In this document: piece after piece, positions 51,271 to 63,419 of the stretch | Layout of the letters: each line of letters opens with the position of its first letter | Numbering within the stretch: position 1 is the first letter of the stretch | DNA from: Guillardia theta CCMP2712 | Taxonomy: Eukaryota; Protista; Cryptophyta | Reading direction: 5' to 3' | Assembly (NCBI RefSeq): GCF_000315625.1 | Contig: NW_005434597.1 | Coordinates: 46,924-110,923, forward strand | Length of the DNA: 64,000 nt | Position numbers and translations under genes: made by a program | The notes under the pieces: model-generated | Database searches by the model: none | What the model was told of the DNA's origin: nothing | What the model saw: only the letters and a program-made list of their open reading frames with translations

Positions 51271-53606
51271 AGGGCAGGGGAGGGGGATGGCAGTACCTGT
51301 ATTCGCCGCGGAGGTGCTGCTTGAGGGCATAAGGGTAGGCGGTGAGAATCTTGAGGAGAGTCAGCGAGCTGAAGGAAAGGGAGGAAGCGACCTGAAGGAC
51401 TCTAGTGACCATGGGAAGGAAACCCTTTTTGGAAGCAAGGTTCACAATGATCAACCTGACGGTGCTCTTGTTAAAATGACATCCCCCCAACCCCATCCCT
51501 CCTCCTCCTCTACCACCACCACCTCCTCCTCCTTCTCCTCCTCCTTCTCCTCCTCCTCCTCCTCCTTCTCTCCCCTCACCTTGCAAGTGACCGACATCTC
51601 TTGTGCACGTCCCCCCACGCTTTCCTCGCCTCCCAGTATCGCTCATACCCTGAAGCCAGCTGGAGGTCAGAGGATGAAGACGAGGAGGAGCAACGAACCT
51701 GTTTGAGCGCGGAAAGCGATGAGAAGACCCAGGAAAGAGCCTGTCACTCCTGCACACGGACTTCGATTCAGTGACGGAGCAGCGGAATGAAGTAGGGAAG
51801 GAGCAGCGGAAGGAGGGGNNNNNNNNNNNNNNNNNNNNNNNNNNNNNNNNNNNNNNNNNNNNNNNNNNNNNNNNNNNNNNNNNNNNNNNNNNNNNNNNNN
51901 NNNNNNNNNNNNNNNNNNNNNNNNNNNNNNNNNNNNNNNNNNNNNNNNNNNNNNNNNNNNNNNNNNNNNNNNNNNNNNNNNNNNNNNNNNNNNNNNNNNN
52001 NNNNNNNNNNNNNNNNNNNNNNNNNNNNNNNNNNNNNNNNNTTTTTGAATTTTTATACCTTAATTCGTTGGTTCGATCAATTCGTCCGCCCTTCCCCATT
52101 TTGCTCTGTCTACTCCCCTATTCGCCCACTATTTACAGTCCTTTTCGCCGCCCTTATTTCGCTGTGTGGTTTCCAATCCATTTGACTTTCCCTAATAAAC
52201 ATCTCACAAATAATTTCCCTGAAGCTGTCTGCTATCATGATTCCATCGCCGTCTGATATCTATCTAGATGTTTAAGGGGATCAACTTTCCCCAACTTACC
52301 TCCTCAAACTGACGAGTGGTGAGGTAAGGAGAGGAGGTGAGCGGGGAGGAGAGGGGTAGAGAGGAGAGGAGGTGAGGTGAGAGGGGAGGAGAGGAGGAGA
52401 GAGGAGACGAGGTGAGGTGAGAGGGGAGGAGAGGGCAGGGCAGGACAGGAGAAGGTACAGGAAGGAAGGGTCAAGAGAGAGAACAAGAACAAGAGGGAGA
52501 GGAGAGGAAGCAGAGCGAGTGGACCTGATGAGACGAGCACGTTGACTGTCAGGTGAGGAAGAATTCTTCTGAAGACTCGGGACTGAAAGCTGACAATCAT
52601 GCTGTCAGCAAGACCTTGATGCTCCTCCCCTCCCCTCCGTCAATCATCATCATCATCATCTCCATCATCATCTCCATCATCATCTCCATCATCATCNNNN
52701 NNNNNNNNNNNNNNNNNNNNNNNNNNNNNNNNNNNNNNNNNNNNNNNNNNNNNNNNNNNNNNNNNNNNNNNNNNNNNNNNNNNNNNNNNNNNNNNNNNNN
52801 NNNNNNNNNNNNNNNNNNNNNNNNNNNNNNNNNNNNNNNNNNNNNNNNNNNNNNNNNNNNNNNNNNNNNNNNNNNNNNNNNNNNNNNNNNNNNNNNNNNN
52901 NNNNNNNNNNNNNNNNNNNNNNNNNNNNNNNNNNNNNNNNNNNNNNNNNNNNNNNNNNNNNNNNNNNNNNNNNNNNNNNNNNNNNNNNNNNNNNNNNNNN
53001 NNNNNNNNNNNNNNNNNNNNNNNNNNNNNNNNNNNNNNNNNNNNNNNNNNNNNNNNNNNNNNNNNNNNNNNNNNNNNNNNNNNNNNNNNNNNNNNNNNNN
53101 NNNNNNNNNNNNNNNNNNNNNNNNNNNNNNNNNNNNNNNNNNNNNNNNNNNNNNNNNNNNNNNNNNNNNNNNNNNNNNNNNNNNNNNNNNNNNNNNNNNN
53201 NNNNNNNNNNNNNNNNNNNNNNNNNNNNNNNNNNNNNNNNNNNNNNNNNNNNNNNNNNNNNNNNNNNNNNNNNNNNNNNNNNNNNNNNNNNNNNNNNNNN
53301 NNNNNNNNNNNNNNNNNNNNNNNNNNNNNNNNNNNNNNNNNNNNNNNNNNNNNNNNNNNNNNNNNNNNNNNNNNNNNNNNNNNNNNNNNNNNNNNNNNNN
53401 NNNNNNNNNNNNNNNNNNNNNNNNNNNNNNNNNNNNNNNNNNNNNNNNNNNNNNNNNNNNNNNNNNNNNNNNNNNNNNNNNNNCTTCATCCGTCAGGTTT
53501 CTTTGCCTCACAACTTTCACTCACTCTTTCCGTCTCTTGCCGCAAATCTTCCCCAACCTCAGTGAAGCTGGAGGCTGCTGTGGCAGAGTGAGCAAGGAGG
53601 CAACGG

Positions 53607-53657
<51 letters not shown>

Positions 53658-54116
53658 AAGCTCACCTCTGGCTTCATCTGTTTCTCCTTCACTCGTCCGC
53701 TCACCCCAGACGTTTGGTCTTGCGCGAGTGTTAGGGGAGAGCGAGTTGAGGTACGCTTCTACTGACGACGGGTACTCCCCCACGGCCCTGCTCTCCTCAT
53801 AGAAACCGGCGTCCTCCTCCTCCACTCCTCCTCCCGTCCCCCTCCCTGCTGCTGCTGCTGTTCTTCCCTGATCAAACTGCGATGTGATCCAACGCCTGCA
53901 GCCCCGCCCGCTTCTTCTCCGCCCGTCCCTCAGCCGCCATGATGCAGGGAGCAGCTTCTGGCACAGTGGCGAGCTAGCAAGCAACGACCATGCGGGAGGG
54001 AACCCCTGGCCATGGTGGAGGTAAGACGCTGCTCTCCTGGGGGTCAACAACTCGACTAGGACGAGGAGGATGATATGAGCAGGTGTGTGCTTGCTCCAAT
54101 CGCGTGCCATCGCCAT
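48944..54116 (-). CDS. Bestrophin-like anion channel (VCCN/BST, UPF0187 type), many small exons, N-terminal signal/transit-like extension
   Basis: Spliced by eye: SRVFRRILPHL / GSFLGLLIAFRAQTG / YERYWEARKAWG / AYPYALKQHLRGE / ERLATTP-VPLSYSRHTSRFLS-VWTLTLPF / WALLGTE-MVGHMIEEPFG / ETLPL / MQTPQLL*. Confidence 0.85.
53608..53657. repeat. (GGACGA)n microsatellite (intron)
   Basis: Seen directly. Confidence 0.9.
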
Positions 54117-55184
54117 ACACTCACGACATTTCGCCTATCAGGGATTGACCTTGTAATGCCGCCTTGAGCACTGACGACATGCTCAGCATTCCCTACTCCT
54201 CACATTCCCAGCGATCCTAGCTGCACCAGGAACCTAGACAGTGGAAGCCTTAGCAACTGGCAAGCATTCGCGCTGTATCAACTCTGTTAGTACATTACTT
54301 GCTCTTGGGACTGACGCTTTGTTTGAAGATTAATTCTGTTAACCTCAGGTTCTTTCACCGTCGAGGCATCACAAAAGCTTGCATGAGACTACACCTCATG
54401 ATATTCTGACAAACAACATCTTGATCTCTCTCGTCTTATTCGAATGACCTTCATTCCGTTCAACAGGTCTGGTTTCTTGATACCATTCTCCACGCCAGTT
54501 CTGATCTCACTGCTGACTTCCCCTCTAACAAGTCTTATAGTTTCTCAACGCTGCGATATACTACCAAGTGCATTATCTCTCCTCCTGCTCCTCCTGCTCC
54601 TCCTGCTCCTCCTGCTCCTCCTGCTCCTCCACACCGTGTACTGCGTACAGATCGCTTGCCCGACAAAGGTCGATCATGGGGGACGGGGGCAGGGAGGGGG
54701 TGGAAGTCAGGGGGTAGGGGTTACTGTTGATGGGGTGTAATTCGAACCACGAGGGTAGGGTAGTGTCTAGACCAGGGGTACAGCAACGACATTTAAGGGG
54801 GCCAGTGGGTCAGGCAAGGTATTTCCAAAGGGGTGGTGATTAAACACGGGTGTACATCTAGTTCAGTCCGAAAATACACATAGGGTGGGTATGAGTTGAA
54901 AAGTACCTGGTACTTGCAGAGGACCTATTGTATATTTGAAAGGGGTAGGTTCGTGATTGTAGGGGTCTTGTATGATTGAGGAGAAAAATTGTAGCCATTT
55001 GATAGGGTGGGTGGGGTTGGATGGGCCAATGGAGCTTGTGACAAGGGGGTGGTCGAATTTGAAGGTGAGGTCCATCACATGTAGGTAGGGGTGGGTAAAA
55101 CTTTGTTGAGGTTTCAAGGGGGTAGGGGGTCGGGTGAAGTTTGTTTTCAGCAGCACTTGGTCAAGGTGGGGATGAGGGTGAATC

Positions 55185-55760
55185 TCCGGGAGCGGCCCGG
55201 CCCCGGCGCCCGGGCCCGGGACCGTCAGTGCAGCGGCGAGCTGAGCCTCGGAGTTCGAGTCAACGGTTGCGGCGGCCCGGGAAGTTCAGGCCCAGTCACT
55301 ACTCAGTACTGCCAGGGCAGTAAGTGGCCGGGCTGCCAGACTGAGCGGGCTAGTAGGAGCGTATCCACTGCCAGTGGTGTCACAGCCCGGCCCGGCCTAT
55401 CACTCCGGGCCCTCGGAAAGCGGCAGCCGGTCTTACCGCCGGCGTGCTCAGGCTCAGTCAGCGCGGCCGGGCACTCCGGGCCGACCGACTAGCCTTCAGA
55501 ATTTGAGATGTCGAATCAAGCCTACCGTACTACGGTACTACGTGTGACGTGCAAAGACGGTGGCACTCAGCAAGCAGCCGGGACCGTACAGTGACCGAGA
55601 CTCGAACTGAGTTGGTCGATGAGGGACGGCTACGGTGCCGCTCACTGAGTGAGCCGCGGCGTGTCAGTGATGCGGCCCAGCCGCGCTGACTCCCGCCCGG
55701 CGCCGCCCGGCCCCGGCGGCGCCGGGTCACCGGGTGACGGTCACTGGCCCGGCGGGCTGA
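55185..55760. other. GC-rich palindrome-dense island 3, preceded by G-rich GGGGTA tract 54680-55180
   Basis: Same word set as islands 1 and 2 (CCGGGAAGTT is shared with ~14663); arrangement reversed. Confidence 0.6.
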
Positions 55761-55790
55761 TAATTGTGAAGCGACTGCAGGATCAGGGGA

Positions 55791-58700
55791 ATGGACGGCA
55801 GGTTGCGGACGGAGGAGGAGGAGGGAAGGACGCGGGCGGTGATCGTGGGAGGAGGAGGAGGAGGACTGATAGCCGCCCTCGCCCTGTCGTCTGCAGGTGA
55901 TAGAGGACAGGAGCTATCGCGTGCTGTTGTGAGCGGAGAGAGGCGACGTCGGACAGGAGGGAATGGAGGGGGAGGGAGGGGGAGGGAGGGGGGGGTGGGA
56001 GGGGAGGAGGGAGGAGGGAGGGAAGGAGGGAGGAGGAGGAGGAAAGGGGAGGGGGAGGGGAGGGGGAGGGAGGGGGAGGGAGGGGGGAGGAGGGAGGGAA
56101 AGGGAGGGGTANNNNNNNNNNNNNNNNNNNNNNNNNNNNNNNNNNNNNNNNNNNNNNNNNNNNNNNNNNNNNNNNNNNNNNNNNNNNNNNNNNNNNNNNN
56201 NNNNNNNNNNNAGGAGGAGGATGGTGGTGGTGGTGGTGGTAATGCTGAGGATGAGGAGGATGAGGATGAGGATGAGGATGAGGGGAGGGAGGAGGGCAGG
56301 GATGTGAGGGTGGAGTGGGATGATGAAGGTGGCGATGCAGGAGCCTCTTGTCTTCTCGCCCTCGTGTGTGCAGCTCCTTTCTCAGTGGGGCCTCTCCTCT
56401 TTGGACGCCAAAGGCATAAAAGTGATGCCAGGGCTCCTCCTCCACCTCTGCCTCTACCTCTACCTCTACCTCTACCTCTACCTCTACCTCTACCTCTGCC
56501 TCTGCCTCTGCCTCTGCCTCTGCCTCTGCCTCTGCCTCTGCCTGCTCTTCCTCCACTTGCGCCGCCTCTTCCTCTGCTTCTTCGTTCTACTTTGACGATC
56601 TGCTGCCAGCGGCCGGACTTCGGGGGGAAGGCGAGGAGCATCTGGTTCCGCGACCTTCGAGCCTTCAGTGGCAGGTTCATCATCCTCTTCTTGTATGTCT
56701 GCTGCTCCTTCTCACGGGTGCGTCAGGTTGCTGCGGCGGGAGCGCTGGGATTGTGTTTGTATACGACCAAAGGACTTCTGCGAGCTGGTGCGAGGTAGAA
56801 GAGTTGTTGCTTGCCAGTCACACACGGTAGGCAAAGGAGAAGATGCAAGAAAGAAGGTCCTTATTCAACATCTCCCACTCTTGCAAGGTTGCTCCACGGG
56901 CCTTGTGCCCGCCTCTCACACGGAATGAAGGTCACAGAATGCGTTGATGTGTCGTGGGGAGCAGCCATCGTGGGTGAGAATGGTGTGAAGGAAGCAGGTG
57001 GAGTAGCAGGGGAGGGGGATGAGTGGGTGACGGACAAGGTCAGGCGATGTTCTGATCGGAGCGGATGGGATGAAGTCAAGGGTGAGGAGGGCGATAGCTG
57101 GAGAGAACTATCGAGATCAAGTCTTCACGCATGGCTTCACCGTCAGCATACCTTACTCCTCCTCTTGACCTCACGCTCGTTCAGCAATGGAGTGGCGCCG
57201 TTGAGGACGAGAGCTCCGCCTTCCGCTTCTACGACGACGCGATCCACATGTACGGAGGCAAGCAGAGCTGCGCGATCGTCTTCCGGCTCCCGAGCAACAT
57301 CATCAACTGGAGTATCATCAGGCCGACGGAGATGGAAGGTGAGGAGGAGGCGAGCAGGTGGCGTGAGGGCGTGACGGACATGTCAGGAAGGAACGCGTTG
57401 AGCGAGTGGAGGAGCATGATCACAAGCTGGCAGCTGAACGAGGACGGGTCGCTCCTTCCCCGCCTGCATCGCCAGCTTGACGCGCGTCGCTCTCAGGAGC
57501 GTCGAGATCCCTGCGAGCGAGGTGATGCTCCTCCGCGAGTCCTTCGACCTCTTCGACACGGACAAGAGCGGTGCACTTGACATGCAAGAGGTGAGGTAGC
57601 TGGTGGTCAGCTGGGGCTGAGCTGGAGCAGGTCAAGGTTGCCATCGAGCAGTGCGGACTTGCCGTGTCGGACGAGGACCTGCAGGGGATCATCGCAGAGG
57701 CAAGAGGAGGGAGAGGTAAGGGCTTCCTCTTACAGGCCATGCAGATCGACAAGGACGGGAGTGGAGAGTTCGAATTCGTGGAGTTCGTCGAGCTTGTGAA
57801 GACGCTGGTGTTGAGGATCCGAGAGGCGGAGGATGCGGAGGAAACGGCCGTCAAGCTGCGGTCGGAGATCGACGGCATCAAGCTCGAGCTGAAGGTCTGC
57901 TGGCGGTAGTGGCCGCAAGCAGCTCAAGCTGGGCAGGCTCGACAAGAAGAGCTGAAGCTGGCGGAGGCGAAAGTCTTCGAGCTGAGGAAGGCCGGGGCCC
58001 AGGGTGCTGGGGAGAGGTGAAGGAGGACGGACTGAGGCAGCCGCAGGACCTCTCGACATTGAGAAACGAGCTGAGGCAATTCCGCTGGAGCTGGACGGGT
58101 TGAAGGATGACCTAAGCAAGGCAGTGAAGGTCGGAGAGAGAAGGGGAGGAAACTTGCTGAAGCGACGAGCAGAAGCTCGAACGAGCCGAGGCCGTGGGGA
58201 AGAAGAAGCAGGGGGAGGACGAGCTAGAATGGGAGGTGAGAATGATCTTGACCTCAAGATCGCGCGATGATCAAGTCAGACCGCGAGGAAAGCTCTCGGC
58301 CAGTGGCTGAGGAAGGAAGACTGTCACGAAGTCCTTCGCAGACTGGTCGCGCTCCCTTCTCCTGGCCCCTCCCTACCATCTCCCGTCTCCCTTCCTCCAC
58401 CTGCCTCCCCATTGCCCCTGCCCCTCCTCCGTCCCCACAACCTCCTTCTGACTCCCTGCAGGTCAACGCGACAGACCGGCCACAGCGGAAGGTGGTGGAG
58501 GACAGAGCCGTCCTGCCCTCGTGGGTGCTGGGGCGCATGGTGCTTGTGGGGGACGCGGCGCATCCTCTCGTGCCCGGGACGCTCATGGGCGGGCAGGAGC
58601 TCGTGGAGGTCAGTCCTGACCAGCAGCAAGTCCAGCTGAAGCCTTGCAGGACGCGCGTCTCCTTCTCGAGTGCCTTAGCTCCCACAGCATTCCAGCTGAG

Positions 58701-58979
58701 ATTCCCAACGCGCTCGTCGACTTCTCAAGGTCGAGCTATACGGGCTCCCGTCTCACTTGTCAACCGAGCTGCAGGAAGCGAGTCCCCTCTGCCGCCTACT
58801 CTCACTCCCTCGCTCGGCGTCGCTTGCAGCTGCTCTGCACGCCGGTGGAGTGAGAGAGGCAAGACTGAGTCTTGACGCCCCTGCTGCAGGGACTTGACTG
58901 GGAGCTCAGCAGCGAAGACGAGATCGCCTCCATCCTCGAGACTCCAAGCCTGCCTCTCGATTACAGAGCCAGGACTTGA
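55791..58979 (+). CDS. FAD-dependent monooxygenase-like protein with internal EF-hand pair and coiled coil
   Basis: N-terminal RAVIVGGGGGGLIAALAL (GxGxxG); C-terminal WVLGRMVLVGDAAHPLVP...GG...VEDA; internal FDLFDTDKSGALDMQE and IDKDGSGEFEFVEF. Exon chain partly inferred and crosses a gap. Confidence 0.72.
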
Positions 58980-59030
58980 CCGCGCTTATCCGAAGCTATA
59001 TGATAACTACAATATGTACAAAGCAAGTTC

Positions 59031-62000
59031 CTACTGTTCGCCAAGTAGTAGCAAGATATGCTGGATTAGCCTCTTTGACTCCTTCGTCACTTTCTCGTCC
59101 TCGAGCAGCCACTTCAGCGGCTCGATTCCGAACTGAACTCGGATGGTCGCTTTGTTGTCCTCGCACAGCGTGCAAGACTGTCAAAAGACATTAGCTTCTC
59201 CTTCTTCACATATGTGCACAGACCTTAGCAAGAGCTCCAGCCACGTACTCAAGTAGTTGAGGTTTGGTGTCTGCCTGAAGCAGCTCGAGCAGTGGCGTGA
59301 TTCCGTTGCACCTGAGCCAATCATGTCACCGCACGCTCGTTACGTCTATCCAAGTCAAGTACCGATGTAACTCTTCTTGATGTTCCCTAGAATTGACGCA
59401 AAGATTTCTCACAGCGACAATGCAGCATTCCATCAGCTCTGGCGATATCTTCGATCTGATTTGATCAACCAAGATCTGAATGGCTCCTGCGTGTCGTGCA
59501 GCCGATTGATTCTCAACACAATTCGCGCAGGCATTCGCAAGCGCAGCTCCAGCTTGCTCTTTGACAGGCAATGTCCTGCCCATGAAAATCAACTAAACGA
59601 TGACACAAGGCACGCACACTCACCCGTATCTTATCGCCTCCACCAATGCACCGATTCCATTCACACGATTCAGTTCCAACTTGTTTTGTGGACTATTCAC
59701 ACAGGCACTCCTCAAGGCACCAGCTGCTTGTTCTTGTGCAACTGGATTGCCATTGCGAAGGAGGTTTACCAGCCCTGGAATGGCGGCCTTGACTTCCGTT
59801 TTCTCCAAATCATCGTTGGCACATGCCTGTCCGATTGTAAGCAAACACGCTGCACACTAAAAGACTCACCTTCCAAATGGCACCTGCGGCCAATTCTTGG
59901 CCGATCGGGGTTCCAGTGTGCAATTGAGCGATAAGCAGGGGGAGTCCCTCGTACTTTCGGAGATCTCTGGTAGCAGCTTTGTTGTCAACCATGGCATTCC
60001 ACAAAGCTGTGGTGGCGTTTTCTTGAGCATGCAAGTCACCATCTTTCAGCATTTTCAACATGGGAGCAATTCCACCAGCCTCCTGGAAAGCTTCCCTGTT
60101 GTCTGGATTATCTGCCATCGCATTCGCAATAGCTGCTGCCGCCGCTGCTTTGACCCTCGCAATTCCTTTTTGTGCAAGTCGTACCAAATGCTCAATACCA
60201 CCGGATCGATTTAGCTCTTCTTGTGCTTCATGTAGAATCTGGTTATTCCATTTGACATCTTGAGGATCTGGAACCACACCCTCCACTTCTGCCTTTCTCT
60301 TGACGATGTTGGCCAGAGCTTGAGCTGCTCCTTCTTGCATCGGTGGGTGCGGCGAATTAAGCATAGCAACCAATGGTGCAACGATGCCAAGGTTGAGTGC
60401 AGCAATTCTATTGCTTGTATTCGAGGAGCATGCTGCAGCAATACAAAAAGCTGCTTTGATTTGAAGATCAGGTCGATCGGACCTCTTCAACAAATCTGAC
60501 AAACAGTCCATTCCCCCAACTCTTGCCAAGCTAACCTGATTTTCAGAATTGTTTGCGCAAGATTCAAACAATGCTGTAGCAGCTTGGTTCTTAGCATTGT
60601 CGTCACCCTCACGAATGATGTCGATCAAGACATTCAACCCACCCGCTGCTAGGAAGATTGCAGGAGGATTCAAAGCTCCTCTTGGTCTTACTGGTTCATC
60701 TTGCCGGGCAGAATGTTCTTGCGAATACCATCGGTGGGGATCCACATTTGGTGGAACGGTTGAATTGTCGAATCCAATCTCACCAATTCTCTGCCGCTTA
60801 TTGCCGAACTGATCCTCATCTGGCCCAAGTGCCCCGCCATAGTGTTGCATTCTTGTCGAATAGTCTTGGAAGCCTTGCATGCCTCTGCTGAGGGGATAAT
60901 GACCCATCGCAGCACCAGATCCAGTTGCATTACGTCGGTCCCCTGGAAGCACTTCCATTACCATGTTACGCTGAATTGCTTCAAGTTGAACAACAACCAT
61001 ATCTGCTGAGGGTCGGAGATTCGGATTGTGAGCCCAGCAATCCTCAAGGAGCTGGATGTATCCGCAAGGAGCATTCATTCTATGCATTTGCTCAATCGGC
61101 GGCCTGCCCGGTGGTGGTCTCTGAACTTCATTAGCATGGTGCGTAACTTTTTGAATTATTTGTACGACATCCATGTCCTTCCAGGGAATCGTTCCAGTCA
61201 AAACCTCCCACATCACAACTCCCACAGAGTACAAGTCCACTCGCAAACCTTGTGGTTTGCTCTGCATAACTTCTGGCGCCATATATTGAGGAGTCCCAGT
61301 TATTGTCTTCGTGCCCGGGATAACAGAGAAAACATCCAACACTTTTGACAGACCGAAATCTGCTACTTTAAGCCGACCTTCTCTGCTGACCAGTAGATTC
61401 AAAGTTTTGAAGTCTCCGTGAATCATTCCAGCATTGTGAATCGCTCGGAGTCCATACAGAGCGTCTAACAGATATCTGACTCTGTCTTTCCACGAGAATC
61501 TAGAATTGTAGGAAGAATACATTTCATCTTTGTGCTTGTGAATGATCTCAAAGAGCGAACCACACTCAACCAACTCCAAGACAATTCCAGGTGTCGGCTC
61601 AAGCATACCAAAGCAGCGAACAATACACGGATGATTAACCTAAAAGCATTGATCAGAATGTGACTAAAGCAATCGATCGTCATATTTCACCGCTGTCATT
61701 TTCCCTACTTCCAATTCAAACTCTGAGAAAGCCTGATAAGGAGAAAAGTCAGGCATTATTTCTCACTTGACAAACAAAGTACCTTCCCATCGATTCCATT
61801 ACCCTCAAAATTATGTTTCTTAATAGCCACTTGCTGTTGCTCATACATGCCTGCATAAACAGTAGCAACCGAACCGCTCCCAATCTTGTGGCTAAAGAGA
61901 AGTAAGCAAGACAGAATTCCACATTCAACAACGAACCTGATGGTAATCAGACTTTCATGGATACGTGGCGTTGAATTCTGTAATCTAGTATGTGCTGTAA

Positions 62001-62729
62001 CATGGAGATCAATGCCAAAGCAGTCATCGAATCGACTAGAACCTGCACGCGGGAAATTCTGCACTCCAGCAGCATTTTGATAATTTGAGGTTGACTGAGA
62101 CATGGTTGCCGGTGTGAAAACAAATCTCTCTTCAACCACATCAGCCTGATTCACAATGAAAGTAAAGAAGAGAAAGGGATTTCCAAAAGAGTAAACTGGC
62201 TTACTGGGGGAGCTGCCTGTTGTACATAGGTTGTCCTCAACGCACTTGCGGAGGAGGAATTGGACTCGACACTGGAGGTTGCTGCAGCATCATTGTTTGA
62301 TTTGTTACTGGGAAAGTAGAGCCGGAGCATCTTTGTGATGTACATCCTGAAAGACAACGTCACCACACATAGACAAGAAACGTTCAACACACATGGAAAA
62401 GGAAAAATCAACACACAAGGAAGATAGGGGAGTGAGAATCAAAGCATCGCTTTAGCTGAGGGCATACCTGTGGCCCAGACTTTTGATCCCCAATCGGGAC
62501 ATCTCTTCATCAGTAATGTCCAGCAATACTTCTCCATCCACATCGTTCTCGGCCACGATCCGCTGGTAATCATAAACTTTGCTGCCCAGTTTCGGCCTGC
62601 AGATCTCCAAGAAATCCTGCACGTCGCCAACCGTCCATTCCTCCTGTACTCCGGTTAGTCCAAGACAGCAGGAATTGGGCTCTTTCTCACCATGGGACGG
62701 GGAAATCCCGGGGCATCTCGGCGACTCAT
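59031..62729 (-). CDS. SAM domain + TKL-type protein kinase + armadillo repeats
   Basis: SAM EEWTVGDVQDFL...DVDGEVLLDITDEEMSRLGIKSLGHR; kinase IGSGSVATVY, VAIKK, IHGDFKTLNLL, DFGLS, GTPQYMAPE; about 8 ARM repeats (e.g. GGIAPMLKML...AQENATTALWNA). Confidence 0.9.
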
Positions 62730-63419
62730 GACTGAAAAGCACTGATCCATTCCACGCCAAAGCGTGTCGTGTAAAGCCTGAGAGAGATAGCTACGGCTGC
62801 AACACTAGACCAGAAGTTGTTCCGTGTCCTTTACTGCATACGTGTCGGATCGATGAACCCCCTGCGTCTGGTGGATGGTATCACAGCAGCTTCACATGAT
62901 CCGGCATTTGCGTACAAAACACCCCATCTACGGTCTCAATCTTCTCCTCACGCCCTTCATGTCAGTATCCCCGCCTGCCATTGCATTCGCTTCTTTCCTG
63001 CATATCCGATTATCGCATCCCTGCCCCTGCTCCCTTTCGCCCCTGCATACCAGCTCCGACCCTCTGGACCCTCCATATGCCCCTGACACCCACAGAAACT
63101 TTCTTTCATAGTACCAAATTATTTCAGTTATGTTTTTTCCGGTACATATATGGCGATTACTCATACATATTTATTATCAATAATGTAAGTAAAACTATTC
63201 ATACCACCCTTTAGATAACAAACAACCCCCCGTGAAATAAAGATGAGGATGTGGGCCATGGCAGAGGCAGATACGGAGGGCCTGGCCCAAAAACCAAAAA
63301 TTCATGAATAGCATTGAATTGTAATACAAATGTTCAAAATCTTGTTGCTATTTCACATTTATCACTGGTTAATATTTTAAATGTACAGAATTCGTGGGAT
63401 TGCAGAAAAATTCAAGGCT

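Noticed and set aside
52553-53734. Long ORFs spanning N runs
   Set aside because: Artefacts of assembly gaps.
37913-54116. Photosynthesis/nutrient gene cluster (chlH, RWP-RK, bestrophin)
   Set aside because: Plastid-related genes are common in algal genomes and there is no evidence of co-regulation.
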